64,000 nucleotides of DNA from Spirochaetia bacterium (GTDB taxonomy: Bacteria; Spirochaetota; Spirochaetia; UBA9216). The stretch is taken from positions 784,544 through 848,543 of the forward strand of contig OZ223269.1 of NCBI GenBank assembly GCA_965140585.1, written 5' to 3'. Below the pieces are notes generated by a model that was not told the origin of the DNA, ran no database searches, and saw only the letters and a list, made by a program, of their open reading frames with translations. Of the stretch, positions 9,451-18,143 are shown piece after piece (position 1 is the stretch's first letter; each line of letters starts with the position of its first letter). The position numbers and the translations under genes were made by a program.

Positions 9451-10683
9451 ATGGAGAAATTTAAGAACAATTTCAATGAGCCGGATTTGCGTAATAATAA
9501 ACTTGAGCTCATAAGGTTATCACCAATGGTTGAAGATGCCCTGGTCAGGAGCTCATTTTTTCTAACATTCCCGGCCTTGCTCGAAGATTTTTATGAGAAA
9601 GAAACCGGTGACCGTACAAATAAACATTTTTTTAAGTCGGGTTTTCTGGCATTATTTGTTTATAATCTTTTTATAGTCACCGACTATTTTATGATTCCCG
9701 ATCTATTAAAAACTGCAATAATTATGAGAACCTGCATTGTAACTCCGGTTATCATTTTTACTATGATTCTGGTTAAAAGAAATCCGAAGCCATTCGTCAG
9801 GGAATTTGTCGAATCGGTTGTAGTCTTTATTGTGGGATTGAGCTTGATTTTTATCCTTATACTAAGTAACTCTGAAAATGCAGGGGCATATCATCCCGGA
9901 GTAACTTTGATACTGATATTTTCCAACCTTTTTGTAAGAATCAAGTTCAGATACAGTTTTTTTGGAACCATATTTTTGTTTCTTATTTATCTGCTGTGTA
10001 CTCCTTTTTTCTATCTTATAAAAACTCCAATCATGGTAAATAATTTAATTTTTCTATTTTCAACAGGCCTATTCACTTTAATCAGCAGTTATACAACTGA
10101 AAAATATCTTCGAAAAAATTACCTGCTGATTTTGAGAGAACGAATACAAACCATTAATCTGAATGAAATCAACACTGAGCTGGTTATGCTGTCCCAAATA
10201 GATGCCTTAACCGGACTGCCGAACAGAAGGCAGATCGATGAATATATTGATAAACTCAAGAGAAGCGGGATAGAAGAAAATATTGCAGTAATTCTTATGG
10301 ATTTGGATAATTTCAAAGCTTATAATGATTACTATGGTCATCAGGCCGGAGACGAATGTTTGCGTATGATATCTGAATCCCTGAAATCAATAACCAGAAG
10401 TAAGGGCGATCTTGTTGCAAGATATGGCGGTGAGGAATTCCTACTGATTCTTTTATCAACTGATAATAAGGCGGCTTTGAATGTCAGCGGCAGAATTACT
10501 AAGGCTGTATATGATCTGGGAATACCGAATGAAAAGTCAGAAGAATACGGAGTTGTAACTATAAGCGGCGGACTTGCAGTCAGCCGCAGAAATGATGATA
10601 TTGAAAATCTAATAAAAAAAGCTGATGAAGCTTTGTATAAGGCTAAAAAAGCAGGAAAAAACAGAATAGCGATATCAGGTTAG
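9451..10683 (+). CDS. Integral-membrane diguanylate cyclase (about 6 TM helices plus GGDEF)
   Basis: 410 aa; RYGGEEFLLIL active site, LDNFKAYNDYYGHQAGD, multiple N-terminal hydrophobic helices. Confidence 0.8.
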   Translation: MEKFKNNFNEPDLRNNKLELIRLSPMVEDALVRSSFFLTFPALLEDFYEKETGDRTNKHFFKSGFLALFVYNLFIVTDYFMIPDLLKTAIIMRTCIVTPVIIFTMILVKRNPKPFVREFVESVVVFIVGLSLIFILILSNSENAGAYHPGVTLILIFSNLFVRIKFRYSFFGTIFLFLIYLLCTPFFYLIKTPIMVNNLIFLFSTGLFTLISSYTTEKYLRKNYLLILRERIQTINLNEINTELVMLSQIDALTGLPNRRQIDEYIDKLKRSGIEENIAVILMDLDNFKAYNDYYGHQAGDECLRMISESLKSITRSKGDLVARYGGEEFLLILLSTDNKAALNVSGRITKAVYDLGIPNEKSEEYGVVTISGGLAVSRRNDDIENLIKKADEALYKAKKAGKNRIAISG

Positions 10684-10685
10684 TT

Positions 10686-11738
10686 TTAAAGATGAAGGCT
10701 GTGAGCCTTGAAAAGACAGTAAATATAATCATCTGTCTGAAGATTCAGACGCTTGAATGATTCTCTTGTCAACTTGGTTATCAGCTGGATTCCTGCATCA
10801 ATTATACAGATATTAGCGTTATCAGTGCTGTAAATATTTGTGATCTTTCCCGGTATCTGATTTTGTATTGAAATATCATGATTATATTTTTTAGAGAGTG
10901 CAATTTCATCCGGCTGAATTGTAAGTGTAAATTTTCCTCCCGGTGAAACTGCTGATTTAATATCATAATTATGAATTTCTTTTATTCGGCAGCTGTATAA
11001 TCCTTCACAGATTTTTTCAGAAGAGTCTATGTCGATTGTATTTATTAAATCTTCCTTTGAGGCAATTCCTTTGTCCTGCGACAGTACATCAATAATGTTG
11101 CCGAAACCTTTGCATCTTCCGTCTTCAATAAGATAGACTTCATCTGTCATACGCTGAATATCGGGCAAATCGTGGCTTATAAGCAGCATTTGTATCTTAA
11201 GAACATCACGTATACGTTTAAGATACGGCAGCATGCTTGTTCTAAGGTCGGAATCTACTGCATTAAATGGTTCATCAAGAAGTAGTATCTCAGGCATTGT
11301 ATAAAGTGCCCTTGCAATAGCCGTTCTCTGCTGTTCACCTCCTGAAACCTGTGAGGGATAAGAGTATGAAATTTTTTCAAGTTCAAACAATTCTATTAGT
11401 TCGTTTATGTTCAGATTATCTTCACGGTTGTATTTTTTACTGAAAAGAATATTCTCTTTTATATTTAGATGGGGAAAAAGAAGCTTTTCCTGAAAAACTA
11501 CACCAATTTTTCGTTTATACGGCGGTATAAAAATATGTCTTTCAATATCCGTCACCGGTCTGCCGTTTATTGTGATAAATCCTGAATCGGGCTTTATTAA
11601 ACCGGATATAAGATTAAACAGTGTTGTTTTTCCAGCACCTGACGGTCCGAAAATCCCGGTGGTTTTATTGTTTATCTGAGCTTTTAAATCGACTGAGAAA
11701 TTTTTCCTGTTTAATTTCAGATTAAAGCAGATACTCAT
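10686..11738 (-). CDS. modC: Molybdate ABC transporter ATP-binding protein with a C-terminal TOBE/Mop domain
   Basis: 350 aa; GPSGAGKTT, LSGGEQQR, LLLDEPFNAVD; ~110 aa C-terminal extension typical of ModC; sits with modB and modA. Confidence 0.8.
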   Translation of the reverse strand: MSICFNLKLNRKNFSVDLKAQINNKTTGIFGPSGAGKTTLFNLISGLIKPDSGFITINGRPVTDIERHIFIPPYKRKIGVVFQEKLLFPHLNIKENILFSKKYNREDNLNINELIELFELEKISYSYPSQVSGGEQQRTAIARALYTMPEILLLDEPFNAVDSDLRTSMLPYLKRIRDVLKIQMLLISHDLPDIQRMTDEVYLIEDGRCKGFGNIIDVLSQDKGIASKEDLINTIDIDSSEKICEGLYSCRIKEIHNYDIKSAVSPGGKFTLTIQPDEIALSKKYNHDISIQNQIPGKITNIYSTDNANICIIDAGIQLITKLTRESFKRLNLQTDDYIYCLFKAHSLHL

Positions 11739-12427
11739 TTTTGTTCTTCCCCGTTCTTCAGATTATTTTTTACAAAATATGAGGATAAAATTACAGCTAT
11801 CAGTGATATTCCCGCAGATATCGACACTAATACTACTGCTTCTCTTTCTTTGCCTGGTATCTGAAGCATGGAATAAACGGCAAGAGGAATAGTTCTTGAT
11901 ACACCTTCAATATTTCCTGCAAAGGTTATAGTTGCTCCGAATTCACCAAGACTGCGGGCAAATGCCAGAACGACTCCGCTGATAATTCCGGGTTTCATAA
12001 GAGGAAGAGTAACTCTAAAGAATACGGAAAGCTTTCCCGCCCCTAGAGTAAATGCAGCTTTTTCAAACATCGGATTAATCATTTCAATCGAGACTTTCAA
12101 ACTTCGAAGAAGAAGAGGAAATGAGACAATCATCGCTGATAGAACTGCTGCAAGAGTTGTAAAAGCTATTCGTATTCCAAAGAAGCTGTATATATAACTT
12201 CCGATAAGTCCATTCTTTCCAAGTATTAAAAGTAAAAGAAAACCGGTAGTAACCGGGGGCATAACAAGTGGTAAATTGAAAATTCCTTCAATAATTGAGC
12301 TTCCTTTTATTCTGTATCTATGCAGCAGATAAACTACAATAAGGGAAGGCGGGAGATTGGCTGCTGTTGCCAGCAGCCCAATCTTCAAAGAAAGGAAAAC
12401 ACAGGTAAGGATCTCAGTGGAAGTCAT
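11735..12427 (-). CDS. modB: Molybdate ABC transporter permease
   Basis: 230 aa; ModB-like TM pattern and EAA-type loop; overlaps modC by 4 nt. Confidence 0.75.
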   Translation of the reverse strand: MTSTEILTCVFLSLKIGLLATAANLPPSLIVVYLLHRYRIKGSSIIEGIFNLPLVMPPVTTGFLLLLILGKNGLIGSYIYSFFGIRIAFTTLAAVLSAMIVSFPLLLRSLKVSIEMINPMFEKAAFTLGAGKLSVFFRVTLPLMKPGIISGVVLAFARSLGEFGATITFAGNIEGVSRTIPLAVYSMLQIPGKEREAVVLVSISAGISLIAVILSSYFVKNNLKNGEEQK

Positions 12428-12433
12428 TGCCTT

Positions 12434-13204
12434 CTAACCATGGAAGGTAAATCCATATTTGTTGTATATGTTTTTTACATCTTCATCCTGCAGCATAAAG
12501 TTGTAGAATTTCTGTGTTATTTCATCATCAGTCAAAGCTGATATGAAATAAACGATTGGTATATGTGATTCATCCGGAAATACCGAAATGATTTTAACCT
12601 TATTTGATTTTTCCGCATCAGTGCGGTAAACAATTCCAAATTCACATTCTCCAAGTTCAACAACCATTAATGCTGCACGAACATCTGCTGCGGGCTGTAT
12701 TCTCTCTGAAAGAACTGATTTCCAGTTAAAGTAATCAAGAGCCTGCTCTGCGTACATCCCTGCCGGAACATGAGCCGGATCTCCGATGGATAAACGCCCC
12801 TTAAATAGTTCAGGTAAATCTGCATCAACATTAAGTGTGAAGGAGGTGGCAGTACTTTCCTCCGGTGCAATTAGTACAAGGTCATTAACAAGTAATGATG
12901 CTGTCTTAACTGGATATCCGGTATCAATTACATAAGTCATCCATTTCTCGGAGGCTGATATATATATATTGGCGTTGGCTCCTTCAGTAATCTGCCTGGC
13001 AAGAGTACCGCTTGAAGCAGGATTGGATCTAACAAGAATTCCGGTTTTATCATAAAAGATTTTACCAGCATCATTAACTAAATCTGTTGTGCTTGCTGCA
13101 TTAAAAACGATCAGTTCTGTGTCTTCATTCTCCGGAGTCCCGGTAGCAAACAAATTGATGCTGATTATCATAAATACAAGTAAAAGATAAATCCTGTTAA
13201 CCAA
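12434..13204 (-). CDS. modA: Molybdate-binding periplasmic protein, TTG start with an AGGAG Shine-Dalgarno sequence
   Basis: 256 aa; signal peptide plus ModA family motifs (FNAASTTD...SGTLARQI...IYISASEKWM...LLVNDLVLIAP). Confidence 0.8.
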   Translation of the reverse strand: MVNRIYLLLVFMIISINLFATGTPENEDTELIVFNAASTTDLVNDAGKIFYDKTGILVRSNPASSGTLARQITEGANANIYISASEKWMTYVIDTGYPVKTASLLVNDLVLIAPEESTATSFTLNVDADLPELFKGRLSIGDPAHVPAGMYAEQALDYFNWKSVLSERIQPAADVRAALMVVELGECEFGIVYRTDAEKSNKVKIISVFPDESHIPIVYFISALTDDEITQKFYNFMLQDEDVKNIYNKYGFTFHG

Positions 13205-13237
13205 ATATCCGCTCCTTTAATTTCTCAATTATCCTTC

Positions 13238-13253
13238 AGCATAAAACATGCCA
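13238..13253 (-). promoter_or_regulatory. Candidate sigma54 -24/-12 promoter for modABC (TGGCAT-N5-ATGCT)
   Basis: Minus-strand TTGGCATgttttATGCTG with GG and GC 12 nt apart, ~35 nt upstream of the modA TTG start; same core as the nifH promoter. Confidence 0.4.
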
Positions 13254-13377
13254 AGTCTATTTTTAGAGGTGATATTGGATGATATAACTGAAAAATATCG
13301 ATTTCCTTCTTATATAAGTAATGATTAAAAATTTTGATTTAAATATTGCCCTACAAAACAGTAGTTTACATATCCGC

Positions 13378-13403
13378 AACCTACAAAAGTGTAGGTTTTT
13401 TTT
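13378..13403 (+). terminator. Orphan intrinsic-terminator-like hairpin on the plus strand in the modA/nifV divergent region
   Basis: AACCTACA-AAAG-TGTAGGTT followed by 8 T's; no plus-strand gene upstream. Confidence 0.4.
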
Positions 13404-13491
13404 AATCTGAAAATATAAAATTTATTATTTTTATACCAAAAAAGGCTGTTTTACCCCTAATTACTATCAATTTGAATGACATAAGATAATA

Positions 13492-13507
13492 TGGCTCAAT
13501 TCTTGCT
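13492..13507 (+). promoter_or_regulatory. Candidate sigma54 -24/-12 promoter immediately upstream of nifV (TGGCTC-N5-TTGCT)
   Basis: GG at 13493-94 and GC at 13505-06, 12 nt apart. The predicted TSS falls at or 1-2 nt before the nifV ATG (13519), which has no Shine-Dalgarno sequence. Confidence 0.35.
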
Positions 13508-13518
13508 TTTAAAACGAT

Positions 13519-14661
13519 ATGGATTACAATGCCCATAGTTCTATAATACAGATTATTGATTCAACTCTAAGAGATGGTGAGCAGGCTCCGGGAATTTTTT
13601 TTACGATAGAGGAAAAGAAAAGAATTGCAATGCTTCTCTCGGAATCAGGAGTTGATCTGATAGAAGCAGGTATTCCTGCAATGGGAGCGGATTCTGTCAG
13701 CTTTTTAAAATGGTGTTCAAAAAGAGGGATAAATGCCTCCTGCTGGTGCCGAGCCGCTGAACAGGATATTGATCTTGCAGAAAAAACAGGTCTTGGGACA
13801 GTACACATAAGTTTCCCTCTATCAGATATACATCTGAATGTCTTTAATAAAAGCAGAACCTGGCTTTTCGATAATATATGCAGTTTATATGATTATGCTG
13901 AATCTAAATTTGCTAATGTAAATATTGGTTTCATGGATATTTCCAGGGCTGACCGTCTGCTGCTTGAAACAGTTATCAGGACTGCAGATAGGTGCGGATA
14001 TTCCATGATAAGACTCGCTGATACTGCGGGAATAATGACTCCTGATGATATTTTTAAACTGGGCAGTCTTTTATATGAATATAAGCCGAAACTGGAAATG
14101 CATGCACATAATGATTTGGGAATGGCAACTGCTAATGCAGTCACAGCTGTAAATCAGGGTTTCTCAGCCGTAAGCGTAACAGTTTCAGGAATCGGTGAGC
14201 GTGCCGGAAACGCAAGACTTGAAGAAGTTGCTGCCTATCTCGATGTTAATAAAAAAAGAAGTTTTGAACTAAGAAAGCTTAATCATCTATGTAAGCTGAT
14301 ATCAGAAATAACCGGAAGGGATATACCACTTGATAAACCAGTTACCGGTCAAAATATTTTTTCTCACAAATCAGGCATTCATGTAGCGGGTACGTTACAA
14401 AATCCAACAGCTTTCATGCCTTTTAACCCTGAAGAGAAGGGGCTTGGAAGTATTAAACTTTCCGCAGGCTCACACAGCGGGAGAAAGGCTGTTAAGCATA
14501 TACTTGCTCAAAAATCAATATTTATCAGTGATTATCAATCTGAGATTATTCTTGACCTGGTCAGAAAAGAATCTTCAGCCAGAAAAAGAGATCTAAACCA
14601 AGAGGAAATTGAGAGAATATACTATGAGTTTGAACACAGCAGAAAATCTGCCGCAATATAA
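13519..14661 (+). CDS. nifV: Homocitrate synthase
   Basis: 380 aa; IIDSTLRDGEQAPG, HAHNDLGMATANAVTAV and GIGERAGNARLEEV motifs of the IPMS/homocitrate synthase family without the LeuA C-terminal regulatory domain; sits next to mod and nifA. Confidence 0.75.
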   Translation: MDYNAHSSIIQIIDSTLRDGEQAPGIFFTIEEKKRIAMLLSESGVDLIEAGIPAMGADSVSFLKWCSKRGINASCWCRAAEQDIDLAEKTGLGTVHISFPLSDIHLNVFNKSRTWLFDNICSLYDYAESKFANVNIGFMDISRADRLLLETVIRTADRCGYSMIRLADTAGIMTPDDIFKLGSLLYEYKPKLEMHAHNDLGMATANAVTAVNQGFSAVSVTVSGIGERAGNARLEEVAAYLDVNKKRSFELRKLNHLCKLISEITGRDIPLDKPVTGQNIFSHKSGIHVAGTLQNPTAFMPFNPEEKGLGSIKLSAGSHSGRKAVKHILAQKSIFISDYQSEIILDLVRKESSARKRDLNQEEIERIYYEFEHSRKSAAI

Positions 14662-16228
14662 CGGCTGTTCTGATTGCGAATCCTGCAATAAATACCAGCT
14701 TAATCTTCTCTTTGAAATCAGCCGTTTACTATTGAGCGAAGATGATCTGTCGGTCGTCCTAAACACAATGCTAAAACGGCTGTCATCATTTCTTAATTTA
14801 AAAAGCAGTACCATAACAATCTTTAATAGAAAAACTGGAAATATTTCGATTGAAGAAGGTTTCGGTATTTCGGCCGAACAGCGTGCCCTGGGAGTATATA
14901 AGCCCGGAGAGGGAATTACCGGAAATGTAATAGAAACCGGTTTGCCTTCCGTAATTCCGGATATCTCACGTGAACCGAAGTTTCTTAATAGAACAAAATC
15001 TTTTCCGGAGGGGCAGGAAAAAAAGAAGACTGCATTTATTTCAGTTCCAGTAAAAGCGGGAAAAGAAGTCATAGGTACACTCAATGCTGAGAAAATAAAT
15101 GAAAATACAGAAAGCCTGGAAGATGAGCTGTATCTGATTCAGATTGTAGCTGCTATGATTTCCCAGGCTGTTCAGCTGTACCAGGCTCATCATGAAGAGA
15201 ATGAACAGCTTCAGCTTGAAAATGAAAGGCTGCATAGAGAACTACAGGATAAATTTAACCAGAACCTGTTTATTGGTACCTCAAAGGTTATTCGAAGGGT
15301 ATTCGACTATGTCAATAAAATAGCCGATACTGTTGCAACCGTGCTGATTCTTGGTGAAAGCGGGGTTGGAAAGGAGCTTGTCGCAAAATCCATTCACTAT
15401 GCAAGTAACCGGAAGAATAAACCCTTTGTAAAGCTTAACTGCGCTGCTCTTCCTGAATCTATAATAGAAAGCGAATTATTCGGTCATGAGAAGGGTGCCT
15501 TTACAGGAGCGGTTAGAGAGAGAAAAGGCCGTTTTGAACTTGCACAGGGAGGAACTATCTTTCTTGATGAGGTAGGAGAACTTAGTCTTAATGTTCAGAC
15601 GAAATTACTAAGGGTTCTTCAGGAGCGTGAATTTGAACGTGTGGGCGGTACTCAGACAATTAAATGCGATGTAAGAGTTATTACTGCAACAAACCGTAAT
15701 CTTGAAGATGAAATTAAAAACGGAAATTTCCGGGAAGACCTCTATTACCGGCTTAATATTATACCAATAACAGTACCTCCTCTACGGGAGCGGAAATCGG
15801 ATATTCCACTTTTGGTTAATCATTTTATAGAAAAATATAATGCACTTAATAATAAAAATGTCCGCCGAATTTCAACACCTGCAATTGATATGCTTTTTTC
15901 CTATCATTGGCCGGGGAATATCCGTGAACTTGAAAACTGTATGGAACATGCTGTTATTCTCAGCGAGGATAATGTTATTCACGGTTATCATCTACCGCCG
16001 ACTCTTCAGATGAGAGTTCCTAAAAGTACCGGGAGTAAAACTGATCGCGGTTCAATGCAGCAGCAGCTGGACGCACTGGAGTATGAACTGCTGGTTGAAG
16101 CTTTAAAAGCTGCTAATGGTAATCTTTCGGAAGCGGCAAAAGAGCTTGGATTAACCAACAGGATGATAGGTGTACGAATGCAGAAATACGGGCTTGATTA
16201 TAAAAACTATCGAAAGTACCGGAAATAA
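14624..16228 (+). CDS. nifA: sigma54-dependent transcriptional activator with an N-terminal GAF domain (NifA-like). The ORF-track start at 14609 overlaps nifV; the likely start is the Met at 14624
   Basis: GAF region, AAA+ core (GESGVGKE, ESELFGHEKGAFTGA, GGTIFLDEVGEL, ATNRNL), C-terminal Fis-type HTH (NGNLSEAAKELGLTNRMIGVRMQKYG); located between nifV and nifH. Confidence 0.65.
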   Translation: MSLNTAENLPQYNGCSDCESCNKYQLNLLFEISRLLLSEDDLSVVLNTMLKRLSSFLNLKSSTITIFNRKTGNISIEEGFGISAEQRALGVYKPGEGITGNVIETGLPSVIPDISREPKFLNRTKSFPEGQEKKKTAFISVPVKAGKEVIGTLNAEKINENTESLEDELYLIQIVAAMISQAVQLYQAHHEENEQLQLENERLHRELQDKFNQNLFIGTSKVIRRVFDYVNKIADTVATVLILGESGVGKELVAKSIHYASNRKNKPFVKLNCAALPESIIESELFGHEKGAFTGAVRERKGRFELAQGGTIFLDEVGELSLNVQTKLLRVLQEREFERVGGTQTIKCDVRVITATNRNLEDEIKNGNFREDLYYRLNIIPITVPPLRERKSDIPLLVNHFIEKYNALNNKNVRRISTPAIDMLFSYHWPGNIRELENCMEHAVILSEDNVIHGYHLPPTLQMRVPKSTGSKTDRGSMQQQLDALEYELLVEALKAANGNLSEAAKELGLTNRMIGVRMQKYGLDYKNYRKYRK

Positions 16229-16262
16229 TAAAAATACATATATGTAGAAAAAGGATTAAAAT

Positions 16263-16286
16263 AGGATTTTTAGTCCTTTTTTTTTT
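16263..16286 (+). terminator. Weak terminator-like hairpin plus T-run after nifA
   Basis: AGGAT-TTTT-AGTCCT then TTTTTTTTTT. Confidence 0.3.
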
Positions 16287-16501
16287 ACCTTTCTGTAAAA
16301 ACTTGTTTCTGCCTATTTATACACAGATGTAAAAATGTAAATAAAGTTCTCCGGAAAATACAATAATGTAAATTATATAACGTTTTGATAAACAAAATAT
16401 ACTGTCATAAAACTTTGTTTAACAAAAAATTACGTAAAAATAGATGATATTACGTAGATTTAGCAGTAAAACTGACATTTTACAGACATAAAAAGAAAAC
16501 T

Positions 16502-16518
16502 TGGCATGTTACCTGCAT
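16502..16518 (+). promoter_or_regulatory. sigma54 (RpoN) -24/-12 promoter of the nifH operon (TGGCAT-N5-CTGCA)
   Basis: cTTGGCATGttacCTGCATca with GG at 16503-04 and GC at 16515-16, 12 nt apart; ~75 nt upstream of the nifH ATG, which has a GGAGG Shine-Dalgarno sequence. Confidence 0.65.
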
Positions 16519-16539
16519 CATATATGTGACTGCTGATAA

Positions 16540-17415
<876 letters not shown>

Positions 17416-17439
17416 AAGAAGGAAGAGGAGAGAAGAATT

Positions 17440-17766
17440 ATGTTGATGGTAAGATCGATAGTTAGACCGGAAAAAGCACAGGATGTACTTGATGCTCTTC
17501 TGGAAGCCGGATATCCGGCTGTAACAAGAGTTAATGTAGCAGGACGCGGTCAGCAGCGCGGTATCAAGGTCGGTGAAATAATGTACGACGAACTGCCTAA
17601 AGAGCTTCTTATGATGGTTGTACCTAATTCAGAGAAGGATATTGTCATTAAAGTTGTTCTCGATAACGCCAAATCCACTGAAAGCGGGACATACGGTGAC
17701 GGTAAAATATTCATCACGGAAGTAGAAGAAACTTACACAATCAGCTCCGGATTTAAGGAGATGTAA
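17440..17766 (+). CDS. nifI1: PII-family nitrogenase regulator NifI1
   Basis: 108 aa GlnB-like protein directly between nifH and nifD. Confidence 0.85.
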   Translation: MLMVRSIVRPEKAQDVLDALLEAGYPAVTRVNVAGRGQQRGIKVGEIMYDELPKELLMMVVPNSEKDIVIKVVLDNAKSTESGTYGDGKIFITEVEETYTISSGFKEM

Positions 17767-18143
17767 TGAAAGAGATAATGGCTGTTATTCGTATGAATAA
17801 GATAAATGAAACCAAGCGTGCTTTAAGCAGTGTAGGTTTCTCCGGATTTACCGCAACGGGAAGAGTTCTCGGCCGCGGTAAGGGCTTTGTTGACTATCAG
17901 GTTATAAAGGGTGCCCAGGAGGGCTACCAGGAAGCTATTTCACAGCTTGGCGGAGGTCCGAGGCTGGTCCCGAAAAGGCTGATAACGCTTGTAGTTAATG
18001 ATGATAAAAAGGATTTGGCTATTCAGACTATCATCAAGATAAACAAGACAGGAAATCCTGGAGACGGAAAGATATTTGTTTTCCCTGTAGCTGAAAGCAT
18101 CAGGGTTAGAACCGGCGAAAAAGGCGAGAAAACACTCGATTGA
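17766..18143 (+). CDS. nifI2: PII-family nitrogenase regulator NifI2
   Basis: 125 aa GlnB-like protein with an extended T-loop, second of the nifI pair. Confidence 0.85.
   Translation: MKEIMAVIRMNKINETKRALSSVGFSGFTATGRVLGRGKGFVDYQVIKGAQEGYQEAISQLGGGPRLVPKRLITLVVNDDKKDLAIQTIIKINKTGNPGDGKIFVFPVAESIRVRTGEKGEKTLD

Noticed and set aside
13246-13326. 26 aa sORF (MPSLFLEVILDDITEKYRFPSYISND) upstream of the orphan terminator
   Set aside because: No ribosome-binding site, a composition that reflects an AT-rich intergenic region, and overlap with the predicted modA promoter; not reported as a gene.
16229-16500. Search for a canonical NifA upstream activator sequence (TGT-N10-ACA) upstream of nifH
   Set aside because: Only partial matches (TGT-N10-ACG) were found, so no upstream activator sequence is reported as a feature; the TACGTA repeat is noted as a finding instead.
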